64,000 nucleotides of DNA from Armatimonadota bacterium (GTDB taxonomy: Bacteria; Armatimonadota; HRBIN16), in contig OY781964.1 of NCBI GenBank assembly GCA_963677485.1, forward strand, positions 5,120,001-5,184,000, read 5' to 3'. Positions 48,093 to 57,041 of this stretch are shown here, in pieces. How positions within the stretch are numbered: the first letter of the stretch is position 1; each line of letters starts with the position of its first letter. Under the pieces are notes generated by a model. The model was not told where the DNA came from. It saw only the letters and a program-made list of their open reading frames with translations, and made no database searches. The position numbers were made by a program, and so were the translations under genes.

Positions 48093-51000
48093 CACATCCA
48101 TTCGGAGGCCAATCTTCATCATCATGTTCGTGCTGGCCCTTGTCGTCATGGGCTTGATATCACGCAACAAGATGCCGAAAGAGCTGAACCCGAACGTGGA
48201 TATCCCATATATCACCATCATCACCACATATGGTGGTGCCGGTCCTAGTGAGATAGAAACACTGGTCAGCGAACCCATCGAGAAGGGCGTCACTTCCATC
48301 GGCAACCTGAAGAATATCACGTCCACCTCTCAGACAGGCATCTCTACAGTTGGCCTGGAATTCGAGATGGGTACCGATCTGGAAGCGGCTGCAGCCGACG
48401 TAAGAGACAAAGTCTCGATCGTGAAGGCCTCCTTACCTAAGGACGCCAATGAGCCGAAGGTTATGAAGGTCGATATTTCATCTGAGCCTGTCATGACAAT
48501 TGGTCTGGCGGGTACCCTCTCTCCCAAGGAAATGAGGATTCTGGCTGATGACGTAGTTTCCGACCGCCTGGCAAAAGTGGGTGGTGTGGCATCAGTTAAT
48601 GTCAGTGGCGGTGAAGAGCGTGAGATTGCGGTCTCTGTAGACAAAAACCGCCTGGATGCATATGGATTGGCTATCTCAAGCGTGGTAGATGCGATCAACA
48701 GTGCAAATGATAACATTCCGGCCGGTTCAATCAAAGAAGGAGCTCGCGACTACACCATCCGGACAGTCGGCGAATTTGTCGACGCAAAAGAGATTCAAGA
48801 GTGCCCCATCACCCTTTCTGACAAGAGTGTGATCAAGGTCGGTGACATCGCCAAGGTGCGCGACACGGTTGTGGAGCCAACGACGATCGTTCGCTTGAAC
48901 GGTAAATCGAGCGTCGTCTTTTCTATTCAGAAGCAGTCTGGAGCTAACACAGTAGCCATCGCCGATGGTATAAAGCGGGAGCTGAAACTGCTTCAACCAA
49001 TGCTGCCTGCAGGCGTGAAGCCAATCATCGCCAACGATCAGTCGGTGCAGGTGAAGACAGCCCTGGAAGCAGTTAACAGCAGCTTATTAGAAGGCATCCT
49101 GCTGGTTGTGCTCATCGTATTCCTTTTCTTACACACAGTGAGAGCGACCTTTATCGTCGGTCTAGCAATTCCGACATCTCTATTGGCCACATACTTGCCC
49201 ACAGGTGCTATGGGGTTCACCCAAAACACCATGTTCTTGATGGCCCTCTCCCTTGTGGTCGGAATTTTGGTGGACGACTCCATCGTCGTGCTCGAAAACA
49301 TCGAACGGCACTTGAGGCTGCGCGAAGAGCCTGCTGAAGCCGCCCTGAACGGACGTTCAGAGATCGGCCTGGCTGCTATTACCATCACCATGGTGGATAT
49401 AGTGGTGTTCCTGCCCATCGCGTTCATGGGTGGAATCATAGGTCAGTTCTTCCGACAGTTTGGTGTGACGATTGCGGTCGCCACTGCATTTTCGCTGCTG
49501 ATGTCATTTACACTGACACCTATGTTGTCATCCATATGGATGAAAAGCGAGCAGGACAAGGAACGTGACGAAGAACTCATCAGGCTGCGGCACAAATCAG
49601 GCCGAGCCTCACTAAAGGACAAACTAGACCTGTCGGTTGGTCACATATTTGACGGTCTGGAGAGGCAGTTAGCAGCCCTTGACCGTGGCTATAAACGGGT
49701 ACTTGAGTGGGCACTGCACAACAGGTTCTTAACCATCACTATCGGCATCGTGGCACTTTTGGTCGTGATGTTGATGCTGATGCCTTTACCACCGCTTAAC
49801 GCGATGGGTTCGCCAAAGATGGTGATGGCACTGGCACCACGGCTGATTGTGGCGTTCATTTGCCTGCTGCTGTTGTCTATCTCGTTCGTGATCAACCCAG
49901 CTGGCCGGAAAGTCGCCACCTGGATTGCAGCTACAGTGGTGGTGGTCGCGGCCACCATCTACTTCCCGTTTGGTTTTGAGTTTTTCCCAACTTCCGACCA
50001 AGCGCAGTTCAGCATCACTATTCGCAATCCCCCTGGCACCTCACTGCTCCAGACGGACAAAGTGGTGTCTCAGGTCGCCAAGATAGTGATGGCCGTTCCT
50101 GAAATGAAGCCGGTCTATTACCGTGTCTCAGATGCGATATGGTATAACCCTGCTACATGGTCATCAGGTCACAATGAATCAAATACCGGCTACTGTATGG
50201 CCACTACCGGCTCGAGCTCGCAGGGAATGTCGGGCTCTGGCAACTCCGGAGGGCAATACGGATACGTGTTCGCAAAGGTCGTCGACAAAAATCGGCGCAC
50301 GCGCTCTGTTCAAGAGATAGTCGACGATGTACAGCAGAAAACTGCTCATATCGCCGGTGCAGAGATGATCAGCGTCTCGATCTCTTCAGGAGGTGGACCT
50401 AGTGCTGGTATCACCAAAGAGGTTCAGGGGCAGGATATGGCCAGCATCATCGCCGAAGCGAACCGTGTGGCTGGTGTGATGAGAAAAACACCTGGAACGA
50501 TGAACGTGGACATCTCCTATAAACCTAGCACGCCTGAACGCCGCATCGTTGTTGACAAATACCGTGCTGCCAAGCTGGGAATGACACTCACTCAGATTGC
50601 CGTAGCCGCAAGGACAGCTATTGATGGTGACAACAACGTAAAGCTCCGCGAAAGCGGAACCGAATATCCTATTCGTGTACAGTACGAGATGTCTGACCGT
50701 AACAAGACATCGGATGTAAACAGCTTGATCATCGCAACCAAAAACGGGGCTCCTATCTATCTGAACGATGTCGCACAGATAGTATATGACCTGTCACCTA
50801 ATAAGATCGAACGTAAGAACCGGCAGAGGGTTATTTCGGTGAGTTCTGGTATCGCTAGCGGATACCAAATGGGTAACCTCACAACCGCTATTGACGAAGG
50901 CTTAAGCAAGATCACTGTAATACCTGGTACCTCCATCGGTGCTGGCGGTTCATCCAAGATGATGCAGGAGAGTATAGCGGCGATGGCGGCGGCTCTGGCA

Positions 51001-51546
51001 TTAGCAATCCTGCTGATGTACATGCTGATGGGTGCCCTGTTTGAGTCGTTCCTGACTCCATTTGTCATCATGTTCAGCCTGCCTTTGGCGCTTGTTGGAG
51101 CCCTGTTGGCCTTGCTGCTAACGGGCAAACCATTAGGTATGACCGCGATGATTGGGATCATCATGTTGATGGGTTTGGTCACTAAGAATGCCATTCTGCT
51201 GATCGACTATACCAACACCATGATGGCACGAGGGCTAAATAGACACGAAGCCCTACTGGAAGCAGGCCCCACGCGGTTACGGCCCATCTTGATGACCACC
51301 CTGGCCATGATCGGTGGTATGCTGCCCACCGCACTGGCACTAACGCAGGGATCTGAAACACGATCACCAATGGCCATCACGGTGATCGGCGGTCTGATCA
51401 TCTCCACTATGCTCACCTTGATTGTTATCCCTGTGGTGTTTACAATCGTGGATGATATGTGGATGGCGTTCAGGCACCGTTTCTTCCCTCACACCCGCAG
51501 CAGGAAACAGACCACTGCAGCGACGGAATCAGATACCGACCAGTAG
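48079..51546 (+). CDS. RND efflux permease (AcrB/SwrC-like)
   Basis: SIRRPI, GILVDDSIVVLENI, FTLTPML, GLVTKNAILL, RLRPILMT. Confidence 0.93.
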   Translation: MWLTNTSIRRPIFIIMFVLALVVMGLISRNKMPKELNPNVDIPYITIITTYGGAGPSEIETLVSEPIEKGVTSIGNLKNITSTSQTGISTVGLEFEMGTDLEAAAADVRDKVSIVKASLPKDANEPKVMKVDISSEPVMTIGLAGTLSPKEMRILADDVVSDRLAKVGGVASVNVSGGEEREIAVSVDKNRLDAYGLAISSVVDAINSANDNIPAGSIKEGARDYTIRTVGEFVDAKEIQECPITLSDKSVIKVGDIAKVRDTVVEPTTIVRLNGKSSVVFSIQKQSGANTVAIADGIKRELKLLQPMLPAGVKPIIANDQSVQVKTALEAVNSSLLEGILLVVLIVFLFLHTVRATFIVGLAIPTSLLATYLPTGAMGFTQNTMFLMALSLVVGILVDDSIVVLENIERHLRLREEPAEAALNGRSEIGLAAITITMVDIVVFLPIAFMGGIIGQFFRQFGVTIAVATAFSLLMSFTLTPMLSSIWMKSEQDKERDEELIRLRHKSGRASLKDKLDLSVGHIFDGLERQLAALDRGYKRVLEWALHNRFLTITIGIVALLVVMLMLMPLPPLNAMGSPKMVMALAPRLIVAFICLLLLSISFVINPAGRKVATWIAATVVVVAATIYFPFGFEFFPTSDQAQFSITIRNPPGTSLLQTDKVVSQVAKIVMAVPEMKPVYYRVSDAIWYNPATWSSGHNESNTGYCMATTGSSSQGMSGSGNSGGQYGYVFAKVVDKNRRTRSVQEIVDDVQQKTAHIAGAEMISVSISSGGGPSAGITKEVQGQDMASIIAEANRVAGVMRKTPGTMNVDISYKPSTPERRIVVDKYRAAKLGMTLTQIAVAARTAIDGDNNVKLRESGTEYPIRVQYEMSDRNKTSDVNSLIIATKNGAPIYLNDVAQIVYDLSPNKIERKNRQRVISVSSGIASGYQMGNLTTAIDEGLSKITVIPGTSIGAGGSSKMMQESIAAMAAALALAILLMYMLMGALFESFLTPFVIMFSLPLALVGALLALLLTGKPLGMTAMIGIIMLMGLVTKNAILLIDYTNTMMARGLNRHEALLEAGPTRLRPILMTTLAMIGGMLPTALALTQGSETRSPMAITVIGGLIISTMLTLIVIPVVFTIVDDMWMAFRHRFFPHTRSRKQTTAATESDTDQ

Positions 51547-51557
51547 ACTCAGAAGGT

Positions 51558-51646
51558 GGTCGTAGGGGCGTCCCTTGTGGACGCCCTTAACAAGAACTAT
51601 CGAATGAACAACGATTAGGGCGCCCACAAGGGACGCCCCTACGACC
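51558..51646. repeat. GTAG-type REP doublet (REPIN-like), family A copy 1
   Basis: gtcgtaggggcgtcccttgtggacgccct ... agggcgcccacaagggacgcccctacgac inverted pair; near-identical copy at 56666-56752. Confidence 0.9.
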
Positions 51647-51715
51647 GTATCAATTACAATGCGGGCTGCTCAAGAGCGGTGGTATTTAGTGATATGTTTG
51701 GCGGAAACCATATGG

Positions 51716-52477
51716 TTACGCCAGTATCACTTCTACACCCAGATCCTTGAACGGTGGCAGCTTGCTTGGTTCTACCCCGCTGTCAAAAACAAGCGTATGT
51801 TCCGGGCTGATCGGTGATACCCTGGCAAAGGCGATCTGCCCCACCTTGGAATGGTCTGCTGCCACCACAACCTGCCTGGCATGGTCCATCATCATACGCT
51901 TAATGCTGGCAGCATCGAAGTCCACACTGGTGTATCCAGCTTTCGCGTCGATTCCGTTGAAGCTTAAAAAGGCGTGGTCAACCCTGATCGCCTCAAGGCT
52001 ATGAAGCACCAGATCGCCCATGATAGCCCAACGCTTGCTGTTGACCTGCCCACCCAGTAACACCACATCGATCTTGGGGTTATCCATCATCATAATGGCG
52101 ATCTTCAGTGAGTTTGTGGCAATACGCAAGCCGTTTCGGTTCCGTAGTTGAAGGGCTATTTCGTACACCGTGGTGCCAGCATCAAGCAGGATCGTCTCTT
52201 CGTCAGAAACCATTGATGCACATACCGCAGCTATAGCGCGCTTTTCGGCACTTTGCGACCGCTCCCGCACGGCATAAGGCGGTTCGTATAGGGTGCTCTC
52301 TTGAAGCATGGCCCCACCATGGGTGCGGCGCAGCATCCCTTTTCCTTCAAGAGTGCTTAAGTCAGTACGTATCGTGGCGAGACTCACGCTAAGCCCATGC
52401 GCCATGTCATCTACTGTGACTTTTCCGGTACGTCTCAGTTCTTTGAGTATGAATTGTCGTCGTTCTTCAGCAAACAT
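51716..52477 (-). CDS. DeoR/GlpR family regulator
   Basis: EERRQFIL, VSLATIRTDL, RTHGGA, EKRAIA, LDAGTT, ADHSK. Confidence 0.95.
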   Translation of the reverse strand: MFAEERRQFILKELRRTGKVTVDDMAHGLSVSLATIRTDLSTLEGKGMLRRTHGGAMLQESTLYEPPYAVRERSQSAEKRAIAAVCASMVSDEETILLDAGTTVYEIALQLRNRNGLRIATNSLKIAIMMMDNPKIDVVLLGGQVNSKRWAIMGDLVLHSLEAIRVDHAFLSFNGIDAKAGYTSVDFDAASIKRMMMDHARQVVVAADHSKVGQIAFARVSPISPEHTLVFDSGVEPSKLPPFKDLGVEVILA

Positions 52478-52517
52478 GTCAGTTTCTGATTTCTTTCATT
52501 TCCTTGCGTTTGGTTGA

Positions 52518-52546
52518 TTGATTGTTTTCGTATTTTATTGTATCAT
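52518..52546 (+). promoter_or_regulatory. Putative sigma70 promoter for the fused E1 gene
   Basis: TTGATT-17-TATCAT within T-rich, roughly 10-bp-phased repeats next to the divergent DeoR gene. Confidence 0.5.
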
Positions 52547-52703
52547 AGCGTTGGCGAATCAGATATTGCGACGGATGTACACACTCAATTGCACACACGA
52601 TATTTCGGAACCACGATAAAATATTCAAAAAACAAGCTGCGGTCGGGATGCTCCCTCCGCATGCCACGATGTTTCACCTCAACCACTCTAAGGAGTATCT
52701 CCA

Positions 52704-55175
52704 ATGCCTAAGCAACTCTCAATCCATCCTAAGGATGTTCGCAAGCCAGGAAAGCTCACTTTCAAAACAATAGAGCTTAATAAATACCAAAAGAGCGTCG
52801 CCGACGTGGTCGGTGAGTATTCAAAAGAGGATCTGATGCGTGTCTATCATGACATGTTCGTCATCCGCACTTTTGAAAACATGCTGAACGAAATCAAGCT
52901 TAACCGCGTATACAAAGGGATCGAATACAACCACGCCGGACCAGCTCACCTGTCGATAGGTCAGGAAGCATCGGTTGTTGGCCAATCCTTCCACCTTTCA
53001 GCCGAGGACCATATTTTTGGATCCCACCGTTCGCACGGTGAAATCCTGGCGAAGGGTATGAGCTCAATTTCCAAGATGGACGACGCTGACTTAATGAAGC
53101 TGATGTCTACCTTCAAAAGTGGCGATATCCTGAAGGTAGTTGAGAAGGCCGGAAAGAACTCCGTCAAAGAGCTAGCTCTTGACTATCTTCTCTACGGCGC
53201 CATGGCAGAAATATTTGCCCGCTTGAACGGCTTCAACTGGGGTATGGGCGGTTCTATGCACGCCTTCTTCACCCCATTTGGTATCTTCCCCAACAATGCC
53301 ATCGTAGGCGGATCCGGCACCATCGCAACTGGCGCAGCGCTCTACAAGCGAATTAACAAGAAGGACGGCATCGTCATCTGCAACATCGGTGACGCCTCCA
53401 TCGGATGCGGCCCAGTATGGGAAGGCCTCTGCTTCGCGAATATGGACCAGTTCAAGGGGTTATGGGATGAGGCTCACCGCGGTGGCCTGCCCTTGATCAT
53501 GAACTTCATGAACAACTTCTACGGAATGGGCGGACAGCCTGTTGGCGAGACCATGGGCTTCAAGGTACTAGCACGCTTAGGTGCAGGACTTAATCCAGAG
53601 CAGATGCACGCAGAGCGCATTGACGGCTACAACCCGCTGGCAGTGATGGACGCTGTGAAACGCAAACGCGCCATCATCGAAAAAGGCGATGGCCCTGTGC
53701 TGCTTGACACCCTTACCTACCGATTTAGCGGCCACAGCCCGTCCGACGCTTCCAGTTACCGCACCAAGGAAGAGGTAGACGAGTGGCGCAACCAGGACTC
53801 CCTGGTCACCTACGCTCAGCAGATTCTTGATGCCAAGCTGGCTACCGAAGCCGAAATCAAGGCCATCGAAACCGGCGTCGAAAATGCGATTTTCGCCAAC
53901 TTCAAACTGGCAGTTGACCTTGACGTGAGCCCACGAGCCAACCTGATGATGCCTGGCAACCTGCTAGAGCAGACCATGTTCAGCAACCAGCGTATCGAGA
54001 GCCTTGACACCACACGCGAACCTGAGAGCCTGATGCCCATCGCTGAAAACCCAAGAGTGAAGCGTCTTGCTTCTCGAAGCCGATCCGGAAAAGATGCGAA
54101 CGGTGCTTCTATTCCCAAGGGCCGTTGCATCGGCATCCGCGATGGACTGTTCGAAGCGATCATCGACTCCTTCTACACCGACCCCACCCTGGTGGCTTAC
54201 GGTGAGGAAAACCGCGACTGGGGCGGCGCGTTCGCCGTTTACCAGGGTTTGACTGAAGCACTGCCTTACCATCGCCTGTTCAACAGCCCTATCTCTGAAG
54301 CCGCTATCGTAGGCACCGGAGTTGGCTATTGTCTAGAGGGTGGCCGTGCCATCGTCGAACTGATGTATTGCGACTTCATGGGCCGCGCTGGAGATGAAAT
54401 CTTCAACCAGATGGCCAAATGGCAGTCGATGAGCGGTGGCGTGCTTCGCATGCCGCTGGTGCTTCGTGTTTCCGTTGGATCAAAATACGGCGCACAGCAC
54501 AGTCAAGACTGGACGGCTATCGTGGCGCATATTCCTGGCCTGAAGGTAGTCTTCCCCGCCACTCCTTATGATGCCAAGGGCTTGATGTATTCGTCCCTTA
54601 CCGGCACTGACCCAGTGGTGTTCCTGGAAAGCCAGCGCATCTACGATATGTCCGAGATGTTCCACGAAGGTGGCGTGCCAGAAGGCCGTTACGAAATCCC
54701 ATTCGGTGAACCGGATGTGAAGCGCGTGGGCAGCGATATCACCATCTTAACCGTTGGTGCCATTCTCTACCGCGCACTAGAGACCGCCGATATCCTTCAG
54801 AAGGAATACGGGATCTCTGCTGAGATCATTGACGCTCGGTCAATCGTGCCGTTTAACTACGACCTGGTGATCGAATCCGTGAAGAAGACCGGCAACATCA
54901 TGCTGGCCTCTGATGCCTGCGAGCGTGGCAGCTTCCTTCACAACATGGCTAGCAAGATCAGCCAGTTTGCATTTGATGAGCTGGATGCACCTCCAGTAGT
55001 CATAGGCGCCCGCAACTGGATCACCCCAGCTGACGAAGTCGAAGATTCCTTCTTCCCCTTCCCAGCCGACATGCTTGATGCGATACACACTCACATCATG
55101 CCGTTGCCTGGTTACACCACAAAGCGGCCTTGCGACAATGACGAGATGAACCGCCGAAGCCAACTCGGTGTATAG
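52704..55175 (+). CDS. Fused alpha/beta E1 component of a 2-oxoacid dehydrogenase-type complex (TPP-dependent)
   Basis: HLSIGQE, GGSMH, GDAS...NN TPP motif, [10 protein letters not shown], then beta part: [28 protein letters not shown]. Confidence 0.88.
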   Translation: MPKQLSIHPKDVRKPGKLTFKTIELNKYQKSVADVVGEYSKEDLMRVYHDMFVIRTFENMLNEIKLNRVYKGIEYNHAGPAHLSIGQEASVVGQSFHLSAEDHIFGSHRSHGEILAKGMSSISKMDDADLMKLMSTFKSGDILKVVEKAGKNSVKELALDYLLYGAMAEIFARLNGFNWGMGGSMHAFFTPFGIFPNNAIVGGSGTIATGAALYKRINKKDGIVICNIGDASIGCGPVWEGLCFANMDQFKGLWDEAHRGGLPLIMNFMNNFYGMGGQPVGETMGFKVLARLGAGLNPEQMHAERIDGYNPLAVMDAVKRKRAIIEKGDGPVLLDTLTYRFSGHSPSDASSYRTKEEVDEWRNQDSLVTYAQQILDAKLATEAEIKAIETGVENAIFANFKLAVDLDVSPRANLMMPGNLLEQTMFSNQRIESLDTTREPESLMPIAENPRVKRLASRSRSGKDANGASIPKGRCIGIRDGLFEAIIDSFYTDPTLVAYGEENRDWGGAFAVYQGLTEALPYHRLFNSPISEAAIVGTGVGYCLEGGRAIVELMYCDFMGRAGDEIFNQMAKWQSMSGGVLRMPLVLRVSVGSKYGAQHSQDWTAIVAHIPGLKVVFPATPYDAKGLMYSSLTGTDPVVFLESQRIYDMSEMFHEGGVPEGRYEIPFGEPDVKRVGSDITILTVGAILYRALETADILQKEYGISAEIIDARSIVPFNYDLVIESVKKTGNIMLASDACERGSFLHNMASKISQFAFDELDAPPVVIGARNWITPADEVEDSFFPFPADMLDAIHTHIMPLPGYTTKRPCDNDEMNRRSQLGV

Positions 55176-55262
55176 TCTCATCCTACCGTAAACTATGAGG
55201 GGTAGGTAACTGCTTGTTACTTGCCCCTCTTTTGTAATTTTAACCTCCGCGAGGTGATAGAT

Positions 55263-56546
55263 ATGTCTCATCAACAGGCAATGGATATTCTTCTGAGTGC
55301 GATCAAACAACGTGATGCTGAGCATATGATCATCACCGCAGATACATCCCTGAACACCACCATCCGCATGGCCAATTCACAGCCCACGCAGAACCAGGCC
55401 AACCATAACACGGTAGTTGAAGTAACTGTCGCATACGGCCAGCGTGTGGGCCGCAGTGTGTGCAACAGCTTGGAGTGCGATGAGATATCCGCCGCGGTGA
55501 ATCGCGCCCAGCAAGCGGCTCAGTTGTCACCCGTGAACCCCGAATACCTTCCACCCGTCCCAAGCGAGCTGCACACGAATGATCTGATGGGCCGCCCCAC
55601 CGACGATGATGAGGTCATCTCGGCTCTGGGCGGCCAGATCGCCCAGTGTATCTCGACCGCGAAGGAATATACCGCTCAGGCGGCAGGACTAGCAGGTTGG
55701 CGGTCTGGTGAATACTACATGGCTTCCAGCTCTGGTCAGTCGGTCGTGCAGCACTACGGCACCGCTTCCTTGAAATGCTCTATGCGAACAGATCACGGCA
55801 GCGGATACGCGGAGCAGACAACCGATCAGCTAGGCGACATCAACGCCACCGAACTCGCCGAAACGTGCTCGAAAGATGCACGTGAACTGCCCGTAGTGGT
55901 GCTTGAACCCGGTGAATACACGCTGCTCATGATGCCGTTGGCACTGCAGGAGTTCCTGGGATATATGAGCTACTTCATGGACGCCAGAGCCGCCGATGAA
56001 AATAGAAGCTGCTTCAGTCAGAAGCTGGATCAAGTCATCGCCGCAAAACAGTTCAGCATGGTATCACGCCCACTCCATGCGGATGTGCCTGCGTTTCGCT
56101 TTGACGGCGACGGTAACCCACTTGAGGATGTGGATTGGATATCCGATGGTCGACTGTGCAACCTGCCTGCTAACCGTTACTGGGCACAGAAGTCTGGACG
56201 GCCGTTCATAGGTCGACCAACCAACATAGTGATACCAGGCAGTGACCGCAGCGTGGAGCAGATGATAGGCAGTATTGAGAACGGCCTGTTGGCTTGTCGA
56301 TTCTGGTATATCCGCCATGTAGACCCCATGCGATTGTCACTGACTGGCATGACACGCGACGGCTTTTTCAAAATCGAGAATGGCCAGATAGTGGCTCGGG
56401 TAAAGCAAATGCGGTTCAACGAAAGCCCCCTCGCTGTCTTACCGCGCATTCTTGACATGGGCACTGCGCAACGCGTCGGGTCTCGCTGGTACCTCCCGCC
56501 TGTGTCCGTTGGGGGTTTTCACTTTACCAGCCGCACCACGTTCTAG
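55263..56546 (+). CDS. TldD/PmbA family protein, PmbA(TldE)-like
   Basis: LEPGEYTLLM.P, FDGDG.P, RFWYIR, LTGMTRDG...IENG, MRFNESP; no HExxxH; start ATG 55263 with GAGG RBS. Confidence 0.85.
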   Translation: MSHQQAMDILLSAIKQRDAEHMIITADTSLNTTIRMANSQPTQNQANHNTVVEVTVAYGQRVGRSVCNSLECDEISAAVNRAQQAAQLSPVNPEYLPPVPSELHTNDLMGRPTDDDEVISALGGQIAQCISTAKEYTAQAAGLAGWRSGEYYMASSSGQSVVQHYGTASLKCSMRTDHGSGYAEQTTDQLGDINATELAETCSKDARELPVVVLEPGEYTLLMMPLALQEFLGYMSYFMDARAADENRSCFSQKLDQVIAAKQFSMVSRPLHADVPAFRFDGDGNPLEDVDWISDGRLCNLPANRYWAQKSGRPFIGRPTNIVIPGSDRSVEQMIGSIENGLLACRFWYIRHVDPMRLSLTGMTRDGFFKIENGQIVARVKQMRFNESPLAVLPRILDMGTAQRVGSRWYLPPVSVGGFHFTSRTTF

Positions 56547-56578
56547 CTAAAAGACAACTCAAAACCAAGAGCTTGTAT

Positions 56579-56901
56579 GCAAATTGGTTGGCTACGTCCG
56601 GGGTGGTCTTTCAGGCGGATATGCTGGACACTGTCTATTGTCCGCGCCGGTATTGTAAGAAACCAGTCGTAGGGGCGTCCCTTGTGGGCGCCCTAAACAA
56701 TAACTATCGAATAAGCAACGATTAGGGCGCCCACAAGGGACGCCCCTACGACAGTATCAGTTACAGCATGGGCTGCCGTGTCAGCACGGGCAGGTGCTTG
56801 TTTCCTGACACATATCTTTCGTGGCTTTCCGCCAGACCGGCGCGGTCTTGAGCCATCTACATCCGCTAACCTACGCACAGACCGCACTGGACATAGGCAA
56901 C
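56579..56901. repeat. MITE/REP-doublet-like element (family B), inverted copy interrupted by a family A REP doublet
   Basis: 56807-56901 matches the reverse complement of 30758-30852 with 9 mismatches in 95 nt by manual alignment; 56579-56655 is a more diverged match to the other half. Confidence 0.85.
56666..56752. repeat. GTAG-type REP doublet (REPIN-like), family A copy 2
   Basis: gtcgtaggggcgtcccttgtgggcgccctaa ... ttagggcgcccacaagggacgcccctacgac, perfect inverted arms. Confidence 0.9.
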
Positions 56902-56985
56902 GCTAGCGATAAACCAGCAGTTTGCATCCCCTTCACATCACATCCGTTTGGCTAGAACTTGCGCAGCCCACAACCTGTACATAAG

Positions 56986-57026
56986 GAAGCACCCCAAGCA
57001 GAGCATTCGCTTACTTGGGGTGCTTC
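56986..57026 (-). terminator. Hairpin after the large beta-repeat gene
   Basis: gaagcaccccaag / cttggggtgcttc 13-bp stem just past the stop. Confidence 0.65.
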
Positions 57027-57041
57027 TACGCTGGAAGCCTG

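Noticed and set aside
51558-56901. Repeats considered as a CRISPR array
   Set aside because: They are inverted doublets kilobases apart, with no direct repeat-spacer periodicity and no cas genes
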